A stretch of 35,677 bases of DNA, from positions 1-35,677 of the forward strand of contig JAKEGO010000020.1 of NCBI GenBank assembly GCA_022615805.1. The letters are read 5' to 3'. Positions within the stretch are counted from its first letter, which is position 1, and the number at the start of each line of letters is the position of its first letter. Shown in pieces: positions 26,801-33,311 of this stretch. The stretch comes from Thermoplasmata archaeon. GTDB lineage: Archaea > Thermoplasmatota > JAKEGO01. The notes beneath the pieces were generated by a model that searched no databases, was not told where the DNA came from, and worked only from the letters and a program-made list of their open reading frames with translations. The translations under genes and the position numbers were made by a program.

Positions 26801-26875
26801 GAGGGCCGCCTGCATGCCGGCGATGCCGCCGCCCACCACGAGGACCGCACCCACGGCATCGGGCGTCACCGACAC
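23864..26875 (-). CDS. hdrA: Giant two-module HdrA-like flavoprotein, paralog 2
   Basis: 1003 aa with VLVVGGGIAGMQAALD, DKTFPTNDCSMC, CTGCGVCARECP / CIGCGLCENLC, CVGSRDLGCGRDYCSSVCC, IGVFICHCGINI, ALVVGGGLAGMTAALAIAE, CVGSREDHRPYCSRICC and CVGCGLCVAACP / CKGCGLCAATCRSGAIQQKGF. The start is a GTG at 26875 (or the GTG at 26869), overlapping the upstream stop. Confidence 0.9.
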   Translation of the reverse strand: MSVTPDAVGAVLVVGGGIAGMQAALDLANSGFKVYLVDTAPGIGGTMAQLDKTFPTNDCSMCIMAPKLVDVGRHPNIELVTYSEVEGFEGTPGDFRVRIRRKARYVDPEACTGCGVCARECPIDAINSFNEGMNERRAIYLLYPQAVPLAFAIDRERCIGCGLCENLCLANAIRYDDKDEIVELRVGSVILCPGFEEFDPALKPEYGHGRFPNVVSSIEFERILSASGPFRSHVLRPSDGVQPRRIAWLQCVGSRDLGCGRDYCSSVCCTYAIKEAVIAKEHVPTIEPTIFFMDMRTFGKGFEAYYDRARDEYGVRFLRCRVSRVEEDPETNDLLIRYETEDGHIEEERFDLVVLSVGFTASEGARRLAERVGVELTERGFCAVDGLDPVSTSREGVFVCGSFAGPKDIPETVMEASGAAARASGLIASARDTLVGGKALPAEADVRGDAPRIGVFICHCGINIGGYIDVPGLVAYARGLPNVVHAEDNLYTCSQDTQKRFVETIQEHHLNRVIVASCTPRTHEPLFQSTLREAGLNAHLFEMANIRDQCSWVHMGERASATAKARDLVRMAVSKAQIIEPLSKVRLGVTQSALVVGGGLAGMTAALAIAEQGYDVDIVERDSRLGGNLNHIHTTADGADVQAFLRGLTARVEADGRVRVHTGAAISTIEGYVGNYRTTLDHGGSGTVIEHGVVVVATGAVESVPTEYLCGQDPDVVTQTDLERMLAEGADLSGSTLALIQCVGSREDHRPYCSRICCTNAVKNALRVVERYPDARVFVLYRDMRTYGFNETLYERAREKGVIFVRYDLDRKPVVARTGGGLEVRVRDPILGEDIDISADRVVLSPAIAPPDGNEALGKLLKVPLNSDGFFLEAHVKLRPVDFSTEGVFLAGMAHSPKFIGETIAQAYAAASRACTIISKDHFEAEATVSAVDDAMCVGCGLCVAACPYNAIELKDGHAAVTEALCKGCGLCAATCRSGAIQQKGFKDQQILSLIKGAICEVL

Positions 26876-27639
26876 TCACCCCCGGTCCCCGCGAGAACGT
26901 AGAGCGGGGAGTCGCCGTCCATCCCGCCCGAGTGGACGATCCCCCGGTCCTCCAGGTCGACGATGATGCGGAGGACGTCGCGCGGCGGCATGTCGAGGGC
27001 GCCCGCTATGGTCCCGACGGTCATGGGGCCCTTGCCGAGCTCGGCGCGGACCCGCTGCCGGAAGTGCTCGACCGAGATGTTGCGCCAAAGAACCTCGCGG
27101 AAGGCGTCGGCGTCGAGGACCTCCCCGTACGCGTTGCCGGCCTCCACGAGCTCGCGCTCCTTGCCGACCAGCCAACGGAGCCGGTCGCTCGCAGCGATCC
27201 CCTCTCCCACGGCGGCCCTCTCCGAGGCCCCCGGGACGCCGGACAGGGGCCCGAGGGCGCGCACCCGCCCGACGAAGCACGTGATGACCTCGCCGAAACG
27301 CTGGCCTTCCGCGGCCGAGACCCAGTCCAGGAGGAGGCGCTCGGGCTCGATGCCGACCTCCTCCAGGATCCTGCTCGCCATCGCCATCTTCCTTTCGGCC
27401 TGGTAGTTCCCGGTGAGGTAGTGGCAGTCGCCGGGGTGGCACCCGAGGACCGCAACGCCGTCTGCGCCGCCTCTGAAGGCCTCCAGCACAAGTACCGGGT
27501 CCACGCGGCCGGAGCACATGACGCGGATGACGCGGACGTTGGGAGGGTACTGCACCCGGGAGACGCCGGCGAGGTCGGCGCCGGCGTAGGCGCACCAGTT
27601 GCAGAGGAAACCCAGTATGCGTGGCTCCCAGGAGGTCAT
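26866..27639 (-). CDS. mvhD: MvhD-like [2Fe-2S] subunit fused to a ~120-aa C-terminal extension with a winged-helix-like segment
   Basis: It starts at the ATG at 27639 (MTSWEPRILGFLCNWCAYAGADLAGVSRVQYPPNVRVIRVMCSGRVDP...[10 protein letters not shown]), with an ATGA overlap to the hdrA stop. The extension ends ...GPMTVGTIAGALDMPPRDVLRIIVDLEDRGIVHSGGMDGDSPLYVLAG. Confidence 0.85.
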   Translation of the reverse strand: MTSWEPRILGFLCNWCAYAGADLAGVSRVQYPPNVRVIRVMCSGRVDPVLVLEAFRGGADGVAVLGCHPGDCHYLTGNYQAERKMAMASRILEEVGIEPERLLLDWVSAAEGQRFGEVITCFVGRVRALGPLSGVPGASERAAVGEGIAASDRLRWLVGKERELVEAGNAYGEVLDADAFREVLWRNISVEHFRQRVRAELGKGPMTVGTIAGALDMPPRDVLRIIVDLEDRGIVHSGGMDGDSPLYVLAGTGGECR

Positions 27640-30600
27640 GGCCGCACCCCCCCGAAGGCGTCGATCTGCGCCCCGATCTCGTCGTCCGTGAAGTGCCGCA
27701 TGGTGATCGCGAGCTTCGGGCACGAGGCGCCGCAGACGCCGCACCCCTTGCACGATGCCGATATGACCGTGGCCTTCCGGCCCCCCTCCATCAGCGATAT
27801 GTCGATCGCCTTGAAAGGGCACAGGGAGGCGCAGAGGCCGCATCCGATGCAGAGGTCGCGGTCGACGACCGCGACGGCGGGGTCCACGGTCACCCGCCCC
27901 TTGGACAGGAGCGTGGCGGCCCTCCCGGCCGCGGCGCAGGCCTGCGCGATCGACTCGTCAATCGTCTTCGGCGAATGGGCCATTCCGGCGAGGAAGACGC
28001 CGTCGGTGGCGAAGTCCACCGGCCGGAGCTTGACGTGGGCCTCCAGGAAGAAGCCGTCGGCGTTCCGCGGGACCTTGAGCATCTTCGCAAGGGCCATGCT
28101 GTCCTCCCTCGGCTCGATGGCGGGGCTCAGCGCGAGGAGGTCGGCGTCTATGACGATGTCCTCGCCGAGGATGGGCTCGCGGGCCGTTATCCTGAGGCGG
28201 CCTGCCTCGGAGGTCACGACCGGTGGTCCCTCCGGGTCGAACCTGATGAAGATGGCGCCGAGCTCCCGCGCCCTCTCGTAGGCGACCTCCCGCGTGCCGT
28301 AGGTGCGGATGTCGCGGTAGAGGACGAACACCCGGGCGTCGGGGAAGGTCTCGAGGATGCGGACTGCGTTCTTCACGGCGTCGATGCAGCACACGCGGCT
28401 GCAGTACGGGCGGGCCGTGTCGCGCGAGCCGACGCACTGTATCATCGCGACGGTCCTGCCGGACAGGTCCTCGCCATCGGCCACCATCCGCTCGAGCTGG
28501 CGCTGGGTGACGACGCGCTCGTCCATGCCGTACATGTACGCGTCCGGGACGGACTCGACGGCGCCGGTGGCGACGATGACGGCGCCGTGCTCGACGGCCG
28601 TCGTCGAGCCGGCAGCCTCGAGGACCGTCCTGAAGTTCCCGACATAGCCTTCGATGGACGCGATCGCGGACGAGAGACGGAGGTCGATGAGCGGGTGGCC
28701 CCGGACCCGCGAGACGAGCTCCGCCAGGTAGGACGGGACGTCGTCGTTCTCGAGCGTGTAGCGGGTGTGGAGGAGGTTGCCGCCGAGGCGGTCCTCCCGC
28801 TCGACCAGGGTCGCGGGGAATCCCTGTCCCGCGAGGGCGAGTGCGGCCGTCATGCCGGCGAGCCCGCCGCCGATCACCAGGGCGCGGGGGTTGACGTCGA
28901 GCGTCACCTCCTCGAGGGGCTCGATGAGGAGTGCCTTCGCCACGGCCATGCGCACCTGGTCGCTCGCCTTCGCGGTGGCCTCCTCGGGCGCGTTCATGTG
29001 GACCCACGAGCACTGGTCGCGTATGTTCGCCATCTCGAACAGGTGCGGGTTCAGCCCGGCCTCGCGGAGGGTCTCCTTGAAGAGGGGCTCGTGCGTCCGG
29101 GGCGTGCACGAGGCGACGATGACGCGGTTCAGGCCGTGCTCGCGGATCCGCTCCACGAGCGAGCGCTGGGCGTCCGCCGAGCACGTGTAGAGGCTGTCCT
29201 CGGCGAGGACGACTCCGGGCAGGCCCCTCGCGTACTCGACCACCGCCGGGACGTCGACGTAGGCGCCGATGTTGATGCCGCAGTGGCAGACGAAGACGCC
29301 CACCCTCGGCACCTGGCCACGGACGTCGATCTCGGCGGGGTGCTCGGCCCGGGTCACCAGGGCGCCGCGCGAGCCGGCGATGAGGGCGCCCGCCCTGGCG
29401 GCGGCGCCCGATGCCTCGATGACCGTCTCCGGGATGTCCTTTGGCCCCGCGAAGGCCCCGCAGACGAAGACGCCGGGGACGCTCGTCTCCATGGGCGACG
29501 TCTCGCCGGTCACGCAGAAGCCGAAGCGGTCCGTCTCGACGCCGACGAGGGACGCGAGGTCCCGGGCCGTCCGTCCGGGCTCGAGCCCGACCGAGAGGAC
29601 GACCATGTCGAACCTCTCCTCACGGAGGCTGCCGTCCTCCGCCTCGTACCTGACCACGAGGTCGTGGCTCCCGGGGGCCTCCCTGACGTCCGCGACGCGG
29701 GAACGGATGAAGCGGACGCCGTGCCTGTCCCTGGCGGCCGTGAAGTACTCCTCGAAGCCCTTGCCGAAGGTGCGCATGTCCATGTAGAACATCGTCGGCT
29801 CGATGCGCGGGTCGTGCTCCCTCGCGATGACGGCCTCCTTTATGCCGTAGGTGCAGCAGACGGACGAGCAGTACTCGTTGCCGCACCCCCGGTCCCGCGA
29901 GCCGACGCAGTTGATCCATGCGATGCGCCGCGGCTCGGCGCCGTCGGACGGGCGGCGCACGTGCCCCTCGTACGGCCCGCTGGCCGAGAGGATGCGCTCG
30001 AACTCGAGGCTCGTGACGACGTTCGGGAAGTTCTCGTATCCGTACTCCCCCTTCAGGCGAGGATCGAACCCCTCGAAACCGGGCGCGAGGACGATGGCCC
30101 CGACCTCGAGGACGCGCTCCCTGTCCTCCATGTCGAGGTCGACCGCGCCCGCAGGACAGACGGAGACGCACTTCTGCACGCACTTCCCCTTCGTGACCTG
30201 GAGGCAGCGCTCGGGGTCGACGACGTATCGCATCGGCACGGCCTGCGGGTACGGGATGTATATCGCCCCGCGCCTCGAGAGCCCCTCGTCGTAGTCGTCT
30301 GGGAACCTTCCCGCGAGGACGCACGCCTCGGCGCAGAGGCCGCAGCCCACGCAGGCTTCGGTGACGCGGCGGGCGCGCTCGCGCACCTTGACCCGGAACG
30401 CTCCGGCCTCGCCCTCCACAGCGACCACGTCGGCGTTGGTCGCGAGGTCGACGTTCGGGTGCCTCCCGATGTCGACGAGCTTCGGGGAGAGTATGCACAG
30501 CGAGCAATCGTTCGTGGGGAAGGTCTTGTCGAGCTGCGCCATGACGCCGCCGATGGCCGGCGAGCCCTCGACGAGGTGCACGCGGAAGCCCGCCTCCGCG

Positions 30601-30827
30601 AGGTCGAGCGCGGCCTGTATTCCTCCGACGCCCCCGCCCACGACGAGCGCGGCGCCGACCGGGGCGCGCGCTCCCGTCGCCCCGGGAACGCTTCCGCCGG
30701 ACGCACCGGGTTCGGATGCGCCGCCTCCAGCTGCCCTCGCTGCCTCGGGCACGCCCGGACCGGATACGGGGGTGGCGCCATCGTGACCGCAGGCGCACCC
30801 CTCCGTCCCCGCCGGCCTCGGGCTCAT
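27636..30827 (-). CDS. hdrA: Giant two-module HdrA-like flavoprotein, paralog 3, with a low-complexity CxC-containing N-terminal extension
   Basis: 1063 aa with ALVVGGGVGGIQAALD, DKTFPTNDCSLC, CVGCGLCAEAC, CVGSRDRGCGNEYCSSVCC, VGVFVCHCGINI, ALVIGGGLAGMTAALALAG, CVGSRDTARPYCSRVCC and CIGCGLCASLCP / CKGCGVCGASCP. The ATG at 30827 overlaps the hdrB stop (ATGA). Confidence 0.9.
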   Translation of the reverse strand: MSPRPAGTEGCACGHDGATPVSGPGVPEAARAAGGGASEPGASGGSVPGATGARAPVGAALVVGGGVGGIQAALDLAEAGFRVHLVEGSPAIGGVMAQLDKTFPTNDCSLCILSPKLVDIGRHPNVDLATNADVVAVEGEAGAFRVKVRERARRVTEACVGCGLCAEACVLAGRFPDDYDEGLSRRGAIYIPYPQAVPMRYVVDPERCLQVTKGKCVQKCVSVCPAGAVDLDMEDRERVLEVGAIVLAPGFEGFDPRLKGEYGYENFPNVVTSLEFERILSASGPYEGHVRRPSDGAEPRRIAWINCVGSRDRGCGNEYCSSVCCTYGIKEAVIAREHDPRIEPTMFYMDMRTFGKGFEEYFTAARDRHGVRFIRSRVADVREAPGSHDLVVRYEAEDGSLREERFDMVVLSVGLEPGRTARDLASLVGVETDRFGFCVTGETSPMETSVPGVFVCGAFAGPKDIPETVIEASGAAARAGALIAGSRGALVTRAEHPAEIDVRGQVPRVGVFVCHCGINIGAYVDVPAVVEYARGLPGVVLAEDSLYTCSADAQRSLVERIREHGLNRVIVASCTPRTHEPLFKETLREAGLNPHLFEMANIRDQCSWVHMNAPEEATAKASDQVRMAVAKALLIEPLEEVTLDVNPRALVIGGGLAGMTAALALAGQGFPATLVEREDRLGGNLLHTRYTLENDDVPSYLAELVSRVRGHPLIDLRLSSAIASIEGYVGNFRTVLEAAGSTTAVEHGAVIVATGAVESVPDAYMYGMDERVVTQRQLERMVADGEDLSGRTVAMIQCVGSRDTARPYCSRVCCIDAVKNAVRILETFPDARVFVLYRDIRTYGTREVAYERARELGAIFIRFDPEGPPVVTSEAGRLRITAREPILGEDIVIDADLLALSPAIEPREDSMALAKMLKVPRNADGFFLEAHVKLRPVDFATDGVFLAGMAHSPKTIDESIAQACAAAGRAATLLSKGRVTVDPAVAVVDRDLCIGCGLCASLCPFKAIDISLMEGGRKATVISASCKGCGVCGASCPKLAITMRHFTDDEIGAQIDAFGGVRP

Positions 30828-31714
30828 TCGGCCCCCCCGGCGCCCCCGAGCTTCGCCATCAGCTCGGTGGGCTTTACCTTGTTAAGCCTGAAGCCGAGCT
30901 CCTTCGGGTCGACGCCGTAGGCGAGCCCCAGGACCTGCGGGTAGTACAGAACGGGGATGCCGTACGTCTCCCCGAACTCCTGCTCGATCTTGCGCTGGTT
31001 GTCCTCGTACATCACGGTGCAGAACGGGCATATCGAGACCAGGGCGTCGACGCCCGCCTTCCTGACCGACTCGAGCTTCGCCTTCGACATCCGGAGGGCG
31101 ATCCCCTGGTCCACGCCGAGGATGGCGCCGCCGCAGCAGTCGAGCTTTCCCTCGTAGTCGACCCATTTCGCGCCCGTGACGGAGACGAGCTCCTCCACGG
31201 TATGCGGGTCCTCCGGGTCGTCGAACCCCTCGTATATGTGCGCCGGCCGCAGGTAGTGGCACCCGTAATGGACCGCGAACCTGAGCCCGCTGAGGTCACG
31301 CACGACGGGCTCCTTCAGACGCTCGAGCCCGACGTCCTCGTACAGCACCCTCGAGAAGTGCTTCACCTTCACGCCGGGGCGGTACTCCCTGTCGACGAGC
31401 GCGAGCCGCCCGTTGACGCGGGCGAGGACGTCCGGATGGGCGTCCAGCTCCTTCTGCGCCTCGGTCAGGACCCCGGTGCAGGCGCTGCAGAGGGTGCAGA
31501 CGTCGAGCCCCATTTCCCCCGCCACGGCCAGGTTGCGGGCGGCCATCGCCATGGCGTCCTCCCTCGATGTCGACTTCATGGGGTAGCCGCAGCACGAGAA
31601 CGGCTCGACGTCGACGAATTCGATGCCGAGCTTCGCAGCCACGGCCCGGGCGCTCAGCTCGTAGTTCAGGCCCCGGACCGGTATCGTGCACCCGAGGAAG
31701 AGCGCGTACCTCAT
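30824..31714 (-). CDS. hdrB: HdrB-like subunit (two CCG domains)
   Basis: 296 aa from the ATG at 31714 (MRYALFLGCTIPVRG...FSCCGYPM...CTLCSACTG; HYGCHYLRP...LDCCGGAIL...SICPFCTVMY). Only this part of track ORF 30824..32116 is real. An ATGA overlap joins it to hdrC. Confidence 0.9.
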   Translation of the reverse strand: MRYALFLGCTIPVRGLNYELSARAVAAKLGIEFVDVEPFSCCGYPMKSTSREDAMAMAARNLAVAGEMGLDVCTLCSACTGVLTEAQKELDAHPDVLARVNGRLALVDREYRPGVKVKHFSRVLYEDVGLERLKEPVVRDLSGLRFAVHYGCHYLRPAHIYEGFDDPEDPHTVEELVSVTGAKWVDYEGKLDCCGGAILGVDQGIALRMSKAKLESVRKAGVDALVSICPFCTVMYEDNQRKIEQEFGETYGIPVLYYPQVLGLAYGVDPKELGFRLNKVKPTELMAKLGGAGGAE

Positions 31715-32205
31715 CCCGTGGTCACCTCCTCGAGTACCGGGTCCCTGCATATCTCTCGCACCTCGGGGATCTCCTTGCGGACCGGCGGGAGGCCCATCTT
31801 CTCGCGCTTCTTGTTGTCGAAGTCCTCGACCTCGTAGAGCCTTCCGTGCGCCATCAGGAGCCGCGCCTGCTCCCTGAAGGACGGGTGGACGTGACCCTCG
31901 CGCATCGCGATGTTCTTCAGCGCCGCCATGATGTCGGTGAGGCAGACGTCCTGGGGGCAGCGGTCGTAGCACGTGTAGCACGTGCTGCAGAGCCATATGA
32001 AGTCGGACGAGAGCACCTGCTCCCGCATCCCGAGGAGGACCATCCGGATGATCTTCCGGGGGTTGTACCTGTCGTCGATCTCGCGGACAGGGCACCCGGC
32101 GGTGCAGGTGCCGCACGCGAAGCAGCGGGAGATCTCCTTGCCGCCAAGCTCCGCCGCGACCTCGCGCCAGAAGCCGGCGTCGAGCTCGCTCGTCCTTATG
32201 GTCAT
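31711..32205 (-). CDS. hdrC: HdrC-like 2x[4Fe-4S] subunit
   Basis: 164 aa from the ATG at 32205 (MTIRTSELDAGFW...CFACGTCTAGCP...CSTCYTCYDRCP). Only the tail of track ORF 31711..33225 is real. Confidence 0.85.
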   Translation of the reverse strand: MTIRTSELDAGFWREVAAELGGKEISRCFACGTCTAGCPVREIDDRYNPRKIIRMVLLGMREQVLSSDFIWLCSTCYTCYDRCPQDVCLTDIMAALKNIAMREGHVHPSFREQARLLMAHGRLYEVEDFDNKKREKMGLPPVRKEIPEVREICRDPVLEEVTTG

Positions 32206-33254
32206 CACTTCGCCTCCATTACAGCCTTCTTCACGTCCTCCGGGGTGACCCCGGGGGCCTCGATGCCCGACGATTCGTAGAAACCCTCGACGGCCGAGAC
32301 GACCTCGGAGCCCTCGCGCTCCACGTCGCGCAGGGAGTCCTCCAGCCCGGAAAGCTCCTCCTTCGGGAGCATGGTGAAGTCCCCGGTGATGCCGATGTCG
32401 GCGATCCGCCGGCCGCGCACCTCCTGGGCCGTGCGGACCAGGCCGCCCCGGGCCTTGTACAACCCGTAGAGGATCTCGACGCCCTCGGCTATCTTGACGC
32501 CCCTGGGCATCCTCGGCACCTTCCGGTACAGGAACTCGGGGGAGTCGAACCACGCCGCCAGCTCGGCCATCTTCGCCACGACGTCGTCCGACAGTGCGAC
32601 GGGGATCAGCGGTCCCAGCAGCTCCCCGAACCTGCGGTGAAGCGCGCGGGTTATCTCTCCCCGCGGGGGCAACGCGTCGAGCTCGCGCCTCATCGTCGTG
32701 ACGTGCTCCTCGATGGTCTTGAAGACCTTGTCCCGGAACTTCTCGTCCGGTACCCTGACCGCCCTCGCCATGGCGCCGTAGTCGAAGTCCATCATCATGG
32801 AGCCGACGAACACCATCGATCCGTCGATGTTCGCCCCTCCGAGGCCGCCGATCTTCCTGCCTTCCGCGGTCACGATGTCGTTGACCTCGCGGAACCTCGT
32901 GTCGATGCCGAACTCGCCGTAGGCCTCGATCGGCGGGGCCGAGAGGTGACGGTAGATGTCCCTGACCCCCTTCGGGAACGCCGGGTTCCCGCGGTCCCAG
33001 ATCACGTGGAAGAATATCTGGTCGCGGTCGAGGTAGACCGTCCCGCCGCCGACCTCCCTCCGGAACAGCGGCAGGCCCTCGCGCTCCATCTGCGCGAGGT
33101 CGACCTCCTGCGAGGGGTCCTGGAAGTAACCTATGCTGATGAAGGGTCGGTCCGGGGAGACGGTCACGACCGCCTCGACGCCCATGCGGGCGAGGGCGTG
33201 GAATATCAGCATCGACTGCTTCCACGGCCTGACGCCGAGGTCGAGGAGGTACAT
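32205..33254 (-). CDS. lplA: Lipoate-protein ligase A-like protein (BPL/LPL catalytic domain plus C-terminal accessory domain)
   Basis: 349 aa with PFISIGYFQD, FRREVGGGTVYLD and NDIVTAEGRKIGGLGG. The last matches the GxKxxG catalytic-lysine motif of LplA. The stop overlaps the hdrC ATG by 1 nt. Confidence 0.85.
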   Translation of the reverse strand: MYLLDLGVRPWKQSMLIFHALARMGVEAVVTVSPDRPFISIGYFQDPSQEVDLAQMEREGLPLFRREVGGGTVYLDRDQIFFHVIWDRGNPAFPKGVRDIYRHLSAPPIEAYGEFGIDTRFREVNDIVTAEGRKIGGLGGANIDGSMVFVGSMMMDFDYGAMARAVRVPDEKFRDKVFKTIEEHVTTMRRELDALPPRGEITRALHRRFGELLGPLIPVALSDDVVAKMAELAAWFDSPEFLYRKVPRMPRGVKIAEGVEILYGLYKARGGLVRTAQEVRGRRIADIGITGDFTMLPKEELSGLEDSLRDVEREGSEVVSAVEGFYESSGIEAPGVTPEDVKKAVMEAK

Positions 33255-33311
33255 CTTGTCCCCGGTCAGGTCATCGCCCCCTGGCCGGTCTTTCGCCCGC
33301 GCGTTCGTCGG

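Noticed and set aside
24002-30920. Very long plus-strand ORFs (24002..25102, 25214..26797, 26932..28281, 27621..30920 at 1099 aa) and the minus-strand 24447..26879 (810 aa) over hdrA paralogs 2 and 3
   Set aside because: I considered overlapping antisense genes. The translations are Arg/Asp/Gly/Val/Ala-rich and motif-free, and their length is explained by stop-codon scarcity opposite GC3-rich genes.
10184-32205. Calling the Hdr genes methanogenic CoM-S-S-CoB heterodisulfide reductase
   Set aside because: No mcr, mtr, mvhA/G, frh or fwd genes are in the window. MvhD occurs next to Flx-like NAD(P)H modules instead of a hydrogenase. The physiological disulfide therefore cannot be assigned from the sequence.
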